DNA from: Marsupella aquatica
Lineage: Eukaryota > Plantae > Marchantiophyta
Assembly: GCA_973895155.1 (NCBI GenBank)
Contig: OZ316895.1
Coordinates: 19,606,803-19,670,802 of the forward strand
Direction of reading: 5' to 3'
DNA length: 64,000 nt
The notes beneath the pieces are model-generated. The model searched no databases. It was given only the letters and a program-made list of their open reading frames with translations, and was not told where the DNA came from. Below are positions 1-10,949 of the stretch, piece by piece (position 1 is the first letter of the stretch; each line of letters starts with the position of its first letter). The position numbers were made by a program, and so were the translations under genes.

Positions 1-888
1 GTAACCCTGTGGCCATAAAGTGAGGAAATGTTAACCGGCTACAGTCACGATGTTTTTCTGAGCTTTGTGGGAACAGGTTTTGGACACTAAACCCAGTCCA
101 AACAGTCATTATCATACTTAATACTTGTCCGAAAAAAGATTATTGGACAAAATTTTCTGGGCACTGGATTATGGAATGGTGGCATCTATATAGCATGCTC
201 ATCTTGGAACATGCTTTATTTTTTGTCTTGTAGTGATCTAAAAGTAAATAAAATATGAGAGCATAGAAGTGTCTGCCAAGAAAAGCACAGTGACCAAGAA
301 AAGGTACAGTCAAACAATGCTACTATGTGTGCACTTAACTCAGGGTGCCTTATGAATGACACTCCTTTCAATAAAAACCATAAACCTAGGAAAGAAAAAC
401 ATGAGGAGAACTTAAGAGGCTATGCATTCATGTTCTCCAGCTCTCTCACTCGTGGTGGTGGAGCCTTTGGTTAATCTCTAAGAAAACACATACTTTGAAA
501 GGGGGCTGCCAAAATAAGTTCAAAACACTCTAGAATACCTAAAACTAAAGGGGTCTAAAAATTAATTAAAAATGTATAGAATACAAAGGCTACCCCTTGA
601 TAAGGCAGATTGAAATGAAAATAAATGACACAAAAATCTGAATAAGACAAAATCTGAAAAGTGCATTCACCATATATTCACCATATAGCAACTTCAAAAA
701 TCTGGGCACTGAAAATGGCACTGGAAATACATGACACAAAAATCTGAATAAGACAAAATCTGAAAAGTGCATTCACCATATATTCACCATATAGCAGCTT
801 CAAAAATGTGGGCACCGGATTATGGAATGGTGGCACCTAGTAGAAAAGGTTATACTAGGTGACCTTTCTTATGGACAAGAATTACGTG
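1..888. repeat. Composite dispersed repeat (family A at 1-188 and ~805-888, interrupted by family B at ~189-800)
   Basis: 1-188 and 810-888 match 14020-14258. 190-300 matches ~41068-41250, and 370-790 matches ~42340-42665. An internal ~107-bp tandem duplication spans 625-830. Confidence 0.75.
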
Positions 889-1823
889 AATAATTAGGGG
901 GTGTTGTGACCAATCTGAGATATATGCTTGATGGGCCCCCTAGTGAACCTTTCTTACCTGATGGGCCCCTAGGGAACTTTTTTTACCAAGTAGGACCCCT
1001 CTTAATGACCAGTACACCTATTCTTGTGTGGTGCCTACACCTGTCCTTGTGTGGTGTCTACTATGTATGGTGACTCCAAACAAATTGCACAGTTGAACCG
1101 TGCAGTCAACCTTGCATGGTCGACCAAGAAACCACGAAGATGATTCGGGAGAAACCGCGAAAAACGACTGCCGCTGTCGAAACTATGATTTGAAAACAAT
1201 ATGGATTATGTCTTCGGACATATGGATACCAGCTGCCCCTGGTCTTGGTGGTAGAGGGAACTCACTGGCATGGGGCAGGTTCCTGGTTCGAATACTGCTG
1301 GTGACAATGCGTGATTTTTGTCAATCATCCCACTCACTGGCAGCGGGTGTGGGCAGTGGACGGCGAAAAGGTACGGGATTGATTTGGCGGTTATGCCAAA
1401 GAGCGCCAAAGTGGTGATTGTCCCCATCGGCGCAGCGGGTCCGTGGACGCGTGGCCGATTGGTACTAGTGGGGAGCAGTCGAACTGATGCCACGTCCGCG
1501 TCTTGACGGAGCGTCGGGACGCGCCATGAATGCCAAAGCGGGAGCTCCAGTGACCAGTTCTGTCGAGCGAAAGGACAGGATGATGGAGTTTATCAATTCA
1601 GTCGTTTACTGGTTTCGATTGCAGCAGATCTATCATTATATATCGCCTTCAGAGAAGTAGGAATACTACTCGGGTGGTGTTTTATGGCATTCATGATTGT
1701 GTCTCGGCATCGCAACGCAAATCGATTGGGAGCGCAAACTACGGAGTACTTCCCATTTTTTTGGCAGATACTGACGGATACTTTTGCGTATCAGTCTAGT
1801 CTGTCGTGTGGTCTGGTTTCCGT

Positions 1824-1975
1824 TGACGAGAAGGTTGACGGTACAATTGAAGCACTCGCTTGTGTAGTTTCCTAATTTTGCCACAGAGGTTTGCGGTTTG
1901 ACCCTGTCTTGATGTGGATCAATCTGTCTCGCGAACTACTTTGGATTGACGCGAAGGTTGACGCGAAGGTTGACG
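1824..1975 (+). promoter_or_regulatory. as-1-like TGACG-N7-TGACG elements upstream of the LEA-like CDS
   Basis: TGACG-AGAAGGT-TGACG at 1824-1840, and three TGACG motifs at 12-bp period at 1947-1975. This spacing matches the as-1/ocs element. Function is not shown. Confidence 0.35.
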
Positions 1976-2514
1976 AGACGATTTCCGAGCCCCGTCGTTT
2001 TGTTGCCCGTTATTGCGACGCATTCTGGCGAAAGCCCGTCACGACGCTTTCTGCCTTTCGCCTTTCCAGAAGTCTGGAACGGTGGCGCTCTGGTAATTTT
2101 ATCTGGTACGTTTACTATTGCTCCGCATTGCTTACCGTGGTGAGTCGCATAAATAGGCAAACCAGGAATGTTTGAAGCATTTGCTCTTCTTCTGCTGTGG
2201 CGAGCAGCGTGGTCAGTGTGATCATCGTGATGTTGGGAATGCCACAACATTAATCTGTAAGGCTGTGCACCGAGTCCCGCTTTCGTGATTCAAGTGTTTC
2301 CGCGTCCGGTTTGCACGAATGAAAGAGAACACGGCTTCGACTTTCTAGGCGCTTGGGTATGTCGAAATTGCGTTGACATCCGCAAGCGACGAGCATTTGT
2401 ACAGAATCATTTTTAAATGAAAAGAATTCGGTTAATGCAGGGATCGCTAGTCAAATGTTTTAAAAGATCTTGGCATATCATCTGCACGAGGGTTCAGGAC
2501 AACGGACTTGCGAT

Positions 2515-4277
2515 ATGGCTTCAGAAGGGGCTTCGAACCGGCCGGATGAGATCGATCCTGAGCACTCAACTGACGGGAAGAATTCTAATTGCCAAGACAG
2601 TCAGCATGAGGACCTACTGGGTGCCGCACAGGGAGATGCAGAAGATTCTCCTGGCAAGATGTTAATCCAGTCAGTTACGGAGATCTTAGCACAATCGGCA
2701 CAGTCTGTGAAAGCCCTTGTTTCTGGCAATGCATCGCCGACCCCATCTGACGGTGAGTAGCCTCAGCCTTGGTGAGCACGTTTACTCTCTGAATTTAAAT
2801 ATCTACAATCTCCATGGGTGTAGATGGAATATGCATAAATGGCACCATTCATATTTGTCCGATACGCTGCGGTATCTACCTCGATCTCAGGTGTTTTCTC
2901 AACTCTTCGCCGTCCAATTAATTTAATGTTTCCCATAACGAAATTAGTAGAGAATTACATATGGTTCCGAGCTCTGGTGTACTGGCAGTTGATTCGTTTC
3001 TGGAAGTCACGGAGCATTGCAGCGTTTCTTCAGAAGTTGCTCCCTAAATCTTAACCTGTCGATCATCACTTATATGTGTTTCAGAGAATGTGGAGGAAAA
3101 GACGTTACTGCAATCGGTGGGAGATAAAATCATGCAGTCAGCTAAGTCAGTTACGGAAGCCGTCAATGGAAGCACTGACAGCACTGACGGTGATGCTGAT
3201 GGTACGTTCTATCTACGACAATGATATTTTTCCTATGTTTCGGTCACAAAATGCTGCGTTGCTTGGATTTCTTTGAGTGAGCGTCATGGTAGTTTGTGAA
3301 ATAACGACTGTACGTTAGGAACGTGATCGAGGCACCTAGTCTAAATAACAGAGATCACTATAAATGCTTTCTAGTGGGCTCAACTTTCTTTTTTGTCTCG
3401 AGGTTGATGACTTTTTCGTTCTTTGCAGGGAGTGGCGACGAGAAAACCTTGGTCCAATCAGTGCAAGAACGATTTGCTCAAACAACGCAATCTGTAAAGG
3501 AGGCCATTACCGGTGGCATCTCTGAAGGTGGTGACCCTTCAACGCTGGGTTATTAATTCCGTCGGAAACGTTATCGCATTACATGGAAGTCATAGCATGT
3601 GCACTTTCTTGCTTCCGGCTTAGGGTCAGTATAAGTTAAATAAAGCACGATGTTCGCAAACAGTAACTGTTGGGATCCGTTCATCGTAACCTTCTCAGTG
3701 CCGGAATTTAGAAAATGACGAGAACGAAACACATGCAAATGTTTCGTGCTCTCGTCATTTTCTAAATTGCTGGTGATATTTGATACTATGTGTCACCACA
3801 AAGAGATCCGTCGTGAATTTCGTTGTACTACGTTGCAGTTGTCTTACGCCATATCAAACGCTGTTGTTGCCCAGAGCTTGCTTGTCGAAGTGAATATTTT
3901 CGTATGTGCGTAAAATATTGACTCTTTCTGGAACTTTTATGACACAGAAACTGGGGAGGAGAAAGGCGTGCTACAGGCTGTGGGAGAGAAAATTGTGCAA
4001 TCAGCAAAAACGGTGAAAGACGCCGTAAAAGGCGACGTTCACATTATTCCCGGTAGGTTCGGTCTGGACAGTTCGTCAGTGAACAAACGATCTTGCGTTG
4101 ACTGATTGGAATCTACCAGTCATCATTCTTTCTTAGTTGAATTTAGATTGTTGCTGATTCAGGTAAACAAGTCATTGTCGGTTACGTCAGTGATATCAGG
4201 AAGAGCTTGGCTCTTGTTTCGCAGGTGATGACGAAACAGCAGAAATCTCAATTTTGGTTGATACCATCCTCGACTGA
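2515..4277 (+). CDS. LEA-like (group 3/LEA_4-type) repeat protein, 5 coding exons, one repeat per exon
   Basis: Exons 2515-2752, 3085-3201, 3429-~3527/3530, 3948-4052 and 4225-4277 are joined by phase-1 GT-AG introns. Repeats: GKMLIQSVTEILAQSAQSVKALVSG, EKTLLQSVGDKIMQSAKSVTEAVNG, EKTLVQSVQERFAQTTQSVKEAITG, EKGVLQAVGEKIVQSAKTVKDAVKG. These resemble the plant LEA motif 'GxLQQxGEQVKxxAxxAxDAVK'. An alternative last exon lies at 4373-4425. Confidence 0.7.
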
Positions 4278-4971
4278 GATGTCAATCGTACAGCGCTGAC
4301 ACGTATACCTCTGGCCACGTACAAATTGGAATTCGCACCATTTAACCGATCCGGAATTACCTTGTTTCGCAGGCGATGACGAAACTGCCGAACTCTCAAT
4401 TTTGGTTCACTCCGCCCTCGACTGAGATGGTCAATCGTCCTACGCTGAGCCGTTTACCCTGGCCACGTGTATATTGGAAGTCGCACCATTTAATCGATCC
4501 GGAATCTTCAATTTTTTAATCCGTCAGCGCCAAAGAAGTTGAGCATCCAAACATGCCTTTGTCAAAACTGTACATACGAGTAAATTAGCAACTATTTGTA
4601 TTGAATAAACGCTGTACTTTCCCACGAAGACAGTGAACTGATGACGTGGCCACGCTGTTACGAAGGTTGTAAAGCAGGACAAACCGTGTGGTGATTTCTC
4701 ACCATATGCATAGGCGAGCGAATTCGTGTAGAGTATACATCAATGAATCGCGTGACTTTTATAAGGGTTGTATGACTTAGTCAATTTTTTTGAACTGCCT
4801 GGTGCCATCGCCGAAGCATCTTGCAATAGATATACTAAAGCTTCAGGATTGTATACTTGATGCACATTTGTAAGTGGTGAAAGTAAGGAGCATGTCTTGT
4901 TGTACTTAAAACTTGTGATGATGGAATTGTGGTCCTATCAGAATTTGTGATAGTCATTTATCGTTTCATGT

Positions 4972-5072
4972 TTTTGCAAAGTTACAAGCACTAGCTACGT
5001 GGGCTGTACTTTGCATTGTACCTTTTGCAAAGTTACAAGCACTAGCTACGTGGGCTGTACTTTGCATTGTAC
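4972..5072. repeat. 51-bp tandem duplication
   Basis: TTTTGCAAAAGTTACAAGCACTAGCTACGTGGGCTGTACTTTGCATTGTAC occurs twice, near-identical. Confidence 0.9.
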
Positions 5073-5700
5073 TTTTTTGTTGCAGCTCCTTTGACTTTTA
5101 TGGTCCCTGAGCTTATACTACATTACCATTGAAGTACAATTGGCTTGCATTCAGATAAACACTTACACCAACCTTACGCCTGTGTTTACCGATTGTTTGC
5201 CAATTGTGTCATACTAGAGGACCACACCCTCATCGCCCTTGCCAAGATGCTAAGACCGTACGTGGATGGCATGGTTAATTCCATCGGCATTACTTGCCTA
5301 GCTAGTCGATATTTGTTTGATCACTGGCCACTCGAAAGTCTTTCAGGCATAATGATGAACGGAAAAATAGATTCACTTCGCTTAATTGTTTTCTCTTGTG
5401 GCTTTCATTGTCCATGAACACATTCATATCCAGATTCTGCCAAATCTAAGCAGGCAATAGACAAAGTTATAAGCTACGATCAAAATGAGTCCCAGGCACA
5501 TTAGAACTGCAAATATGTAAGGAAATCACCAAAACATGCATGACCTGCGTCTGTTGAGAACACAAATATTGTTTGTTCATTGGGGGTTCGGCTGGTTGAG
5601 AATGGATCATATTGTTTCCAATCTCTTTCCATCTCAGGCTATTTCATCTTCTTGCGGATTTCTCCCTTGCAAGTCGAGTCTTGATCAAACGTGATGCAGG

Positions 5701-8700
5701 TTACACAAGTTGCTGCGTGACTCGGATGGCAAGCGCAGGACCGTCTAAACTAGTCCGCAGAACGTAGAACCGTACCTGCAAACCTGAATGAAACAGGTCC
5801 GAAACGCGATTTAACGAACGTTTATGGCCCCGAACGCGAATTAGCTACAGTTCCCTGGTTTCTTTGAAGTACTTCCATGTTGATTCGGGTGACTTAAATC
5901 GTCCATGCAACTTTTCCGCGGACTGAATGATCGAACTTTGTAAACATATGCCGCAAAAGTTAATTTCGCATTGTTTCAAAACCCAAATATAAACTGGAGC
6001 ATTAAGTAAACATAGTCGCACTAGATCTCGCAACACATTTTGCATTTAAACCGCCCCCGTAAAGCCCCGTCCGCCCCCCCCCTCACCCCACCCCTCCTTG
6101 CCTACCATCGTTTTGCTGCAACCGAGTGCTCGATGCTGCTGCATGCTTTGAAGTTTTTCCCCTCGGCTGCCAATCTCCAGGAACAGAAATCCAGGAATTG
6201 AGGAGATCTATCACACAGATCCTCAACGATCGCGTGTTAGATACAGCCTTCCATATACTAAACATTCCTGTTGATCAGAGCTGCCACCGTTTAATTTCCG
6301 CAGAGGTGGCATCTTCTGTCTTTAAAGATTTAAGCATGCAGACAGTAATAGACGAAGTCGATCTGGGGAACGAGATGTACTCTAGTCTACACGAAAGTTA
6401 CTGTTTCCAACGAACGCTCGATCCCGCGCTCGATCACCATTTGCAATCGATGACGGCAGACAATGCGTAATTCATTAAGGCGATGTGAATGTATATTTAT
6501 GGCCGGGGCACCTCACCTAATGTTTCTCTGGACACGAAGCCTTTTTTATCGAATATGCCGGCTGCTGCCGTCGGAGTGTGAGAAGGGATAGTGTATGCTG
6601 CTACTTCGTCAAATTCGCAATCCTTTGCCGTGTAGTTCTCGTGAAGAAACAACTCCCAGTGTCGAGCCTCCAATGTTTGCATGGTACCTTCACAACATGT
6701 GCCTTTGAGTTATCAAAGACTGAACAAATTACAGATGAGAGCAAAAAAGCTCACCTTTTATCGGTCATTTGACTCTTCGGGTTAGTACCGTAAGAGTTTT
6801 CAGAATACACGACAGTATGCACTACGACGAACTGGTGCGTCAATATTCAAAGCCCCGTACCTTGACAAAACTGATCATTGCATACCGAACAACGCAGGAG
6901 ATGGAGATCTGGGGGAAAGTTATTTAATTGAAGGTTAGTTTCTAATGTAAATTAAGGCAGAGAAAGTCGAAGATACAAAAGATCAAGAAGGATCATCAAA
7001 ATTTCGCGTCATCCTTAATCAACTCGAGTTCTTGAATCATACATTAAAGCGTCTGGTACCTGCAATCCAGGGACCATTCTTAACGTTCGAGATAGCGAAA
7101 AGTGGCGTCGGTCCTTTTGTCTGATCACCATCGTGGGCCCGATCGTGGGCTGTATCCTTCAAATTGCATAACCTATCACTGGCCAAAACTTCGCCAGACT
7201 CAATACTAAAGACTCCAATTCTCATCCAATCTGCTACACGATTTTCAAATAGTTAGTTATTTTCAAGACTAATTATAAACTTCTCTAACAAGTATCTTTC
7301 AAATTGCATAAACTATCGCTAGGAAATTTTGTTTCTAGATCGACTCAATACCTAGACGTCAATTCTCATCTAGTCTGCATGCATGACGATTATGAAAGTA
7401 AGTTATTTTCAATTCTCAATCTTCTCTTATCCTCAAAATTCACGAACAAGCTAGACTAAGTTTGTGCGGTGTATATATATGCTCCTGACGGTTTTTCTTC
7501 TCGATTTAAGTAGAATCCATGTCCGGCTCGCATTTGAACAACATCTGCATCATTTTTACGTGCCAGTAATCCAGGAATCCCCGGAACACATAGTTGTTCA
7601 TGAGATTTTATGCAAGATTTCATGAGCGACCGTACTATCGGCGAACTGCTACAAGCGATGTAGAAGTGCTCCGAAGAATGAGTGCAGTACAAGCACGGAG
7701 GCGACCTATTCTAGTCCCGTGTCTACCTCAGTTTGTCTTTTGATTGTACGAACCATAGCTCAAATTGCTGGTGGCCTGGAATGATCGTCAGCGCGAACCT
7801 TGGCAAGCACTTTGAGCAGTGGAACACGTACAGAACAGATGCACACTGTTCTTCAGACTGACGATAAGGCGATGATATTCCGAGCTGACACAGAAGTGAT
7901 GGATTTTTTCATTGACCAACTTTCGGCTCTTTGCTAAGTACCGTCCAGTGATCTGACGGTTTTGTATCTTTCAGTTCCAGTTCACGTCACTGCTGTCATG
8001 TGCCCCGGGATTTACAATATCCTCGATAATCAGTGAAACTTACCGATATGTGCCTCACAATCGCGAAGGTTGTATGAATGGCTTCCATCTGGATGATGAC
8101 GAAGATCCAATAAGTATTACGTACTGGCTTCAGATACTAAACTGTGCCATCTATAAATTGCAACAATCCTTGGAAATAAAATAATATGCCTTCATGAACC
8201 GAGAAACTAAAGTACTCCTGAAAGCACAAAGTAACGTGAACTGGCCTAGATGTAAGGCATTACATGCTCTTCGTTGTAATACTCGCTCCTACCTACAGCT
8301 GCCGCATAAAGGCTTCTCCAGCTGAAAAGCGGTTGAACATTATCGGGAATGCCAAGCTCCTTGAGACACCGAGTTTTCCAGACACTCTCATCCATTGCCA
8401 TTTCATAACAACGTTGATTTGTCAAAGCGAGTCGTAGAACAGACTTTGAATCCAAGAAGTTAATTATAGCACTCCATAGGTCTTGATTGTGCCTGTATAC
8501 AATGCGGTACCCGTTGATGATTATCACAATTACCTTTGATCGAAGTTCAGAATAGTTTCATGAAGCGATTCACGGAAGCCTCCTTAGACTAGACGGCAAT
8601 ATTTTCCACGGCAGCAATCGTGGCAGAATACAGTAGGTTATAATCGGAGTAAACAGTTCATGATAATAATTCAAGCGAGAAAACCAATCTACGTTTGCTT

Positions 8701-9227
8701 CTTAGAGTTCCATAGGACAAAATGAGCTCCGCTTGTCAATCTACTCTCTTCACATATCACATCACAGCCTGGCATTTACTGTTATTCCGGCAGCTGATTC
8801 CAGACGCCCTTTCGAGACGTTCTGTGACAGGAAGAAAGGCGTGATGAGCACGTACTAACTACCAGAATTATGATCAGATTAAAAATAAGTTCTCGGCCCC
8901 GTTGGCAATTGGCTACTGATCAGTCAGGCTGACCAAGCCATCGCCTCTAGTCTCTTTCACAAACACAATCAATTCTATGATAACAAATACAGACAGTACT
9001 CACCATCTCGACACATGAATGTCGATCAATTGTATGATCGGACGCCCTCAGCTAGCAATACAAAAAATTGAGTGCGACTGATTTCCAATAAACTTTGAAG
9101 TAGAATTACTATGGAGATGAGTTAAATTTCACCAGATATGCGACATCCTCTGTGAGCAACGAGAAGCGCAGTTTGTATGGATAAACGGAAGCGGATCAAG
9201 AAACGGGGTCTTGTCTGTCGACTTCAT
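5701..9227 (-). CDS. F-box protein, RMF (At3g61730) / rice ZYGO1-like, 8 exons
   Basis: Exons 9227-9133, 8492-8293, 8088-8044, 7230-7060, 6908-6861, 6687-6517, 6207-6106 and 5783-5701 splice in frame. Motifs: F-box (DLWSAIINFLDSKSVLRLA...VWKTRCLKEL), DGSHSY, HIDWMRIG, WIADLHLLRCSVC, GTMQTLEARHWELFL, C-terminal IRVTQQLV. All match my recollection of the RMF family. Confidence 0.88.
7292..7415 (-). pseudogene. Degenerate duplicate of the 5' part of F-box exon 4 (pseudo-exon) in intron 3
   Basis: CAG|ACTAGATGAGAATTGACGTC...TTATGCAATTTGAAAGATAC compared with the true exon CAG|ATTGGATGAGAATTGGAGTC...TTATGCAATTTGAAGGATAC. The Trp codon TGG has become TAG. Confidence 0.8.
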
Positions 9228-10949
9228 GACCGGTTGCTTTGCAGGAATGATCGTCGCCGCTGATCTCGATCTACAGTACGTATAAGGCGCTCGACCTTTA
9301 CCGGTGGCTGATTGCCGAGCTCATTGCTCCATCGTCGCTCTCGCTCTAAGCTCCTCTTCACGAGCTCACGATTGTGCAATACTCCGCGACTCCAGGTCCA
9401 GGGCGAAGGATTGTGTAGGATAGATAAAATGTACAGTCGCTCTTCACCATGCGTGGCTCAATGCTCCATCGTCTCTCTCGATCTGCTGGAGATTCTCGTT
9501 TACTCTTGACTGGGGCAAATATGTAGTCGGACGTCCTCCATGGAAGAATGTGACAAGCACTGCTTGGTGCTGCGAAAGAACTTCGACCAGAGTGGCTCCA
9601 AGGGACCTGAATGTACTGTGCTGCAAGCAAGGTTGGTAACTTACTGGGTAGAGTGCATAATTAGGTTAGAGTGCAAGAATTAGGTTAGTACAAAATTAAT
9701 GTTAATGTGGGTAAAAGAGATTTTGAGTCCGAGTAACACTCATTTTTGTATGTTTTTCAGAATAGTTTATTTTTCACTTTTGTTTAATTGCAGGTAAAAA
9801 ATGGATGATATTGAGTCCAAAGTAAGGTGATTCTTGTGCATTTTTCAAAATACTTTTTTTCCCATATAATTTTTCACTCTTGAGACCATAGTAACACTAA
9901 TATGTGTGTGGAAATAATGTTAGTACAAAATTAATGTGACTAACACTAATGTGCAAGCACACCTTGAATTTGGTGCTACAAAATTAGTGTTGCTCTCAAA
10001 TTAGAGTTAGTCACAGTGATTATGGTGAAGAGTGTAAAGATCCAAATTCAAAATTACCCAGCTGAGGACCAGAAAAAATCTTAATGTTGCTCTCAAATTA
10101 GTGTTAGTAACAGTGATTATAATATGGTGAACAGTGTAACTATCCTAATTACCCAGCCAAGCACCAGACAAATTCTTTAAAAAAATAAAACCTATGCTAT
10201 TCTTGTTCATAATTATGCCTGATCCCTCTCTCTTTACACCCTCACTCTTAGATTTGTGTACTTGTGTTTATTTAGAGTCAATATCAGTTTAGTTCTTATT
10301 TAGAATACATGTTAGTTTGGTTCATCTTTGACTCATCCTTGTTTTTGTCCACCCTCACTTTCAGTTTTGTCCTTATGTAGAGTCACATTGTTTACCCTCT
10401 TAAGGTTCCACCCTTGGACGTAGCTTTACATCACACTTTATTAATAAGACAGATAAGGTGGCTTCGTAATCCCCTGGTTACAGTCCATAATCTAAGTAAT
10501 AAAGTGCAATCAAATGCTACTTCATGTGCCTACTGTCTAGGGTGAAACCTTGAGACCGTAATTGTAAGTAAGGGCATAACTTCCCTATAGGCCGTGACTC
10601 TAAATGAGGGCATAATTGAAAAAAAGTGAGGGTGCAGACAAGAATGGGGGGCAAAGATAAACAGGAAATAACAGGAATCTTTTTTTCTGCAAGACTTTGC
10701 TGTCTCTTCTTCTCATATCTATTTGTGTTCAAGGAACAGGTAATCAAGCTAGTATATATAACTAATCTCAATAAGAAACTAGAGTTGAGATCTAGGCTTT
10801 TCAAGTGAAGCCTCTAGATGGTGACTCTAGGGGCCCATCAAAATTTATGTGGATGAAACAAGGATGAATTTCCAAGGATGAAACATTAATATTTCAAATC
10901 CTTTCATCCACATCATTATTGTCATCATTTCTATCAATATTCAAAGAAT

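Noticed and set aside
1100-2250. Cluster of short ORFs on both strands
   Set aside because: This is the GC-richer promoter/5' UTR region of the LEA-like gene. There is no coherent spliced product or motif.
3740-3768. Resemblance of the hairpin arm (AGAAAATGACGAGAGCAC, minus strand) to miR529/miR156/miR535
   Set aside because: There are too many mismatches to assign a family. It is kept only as an unassigned hairpin.
6126-6470. 114-aa plus-strand ORF
   Set aside because: It is antisense to an F-box exon and intron, starts at GTG and has no recognisable motif.
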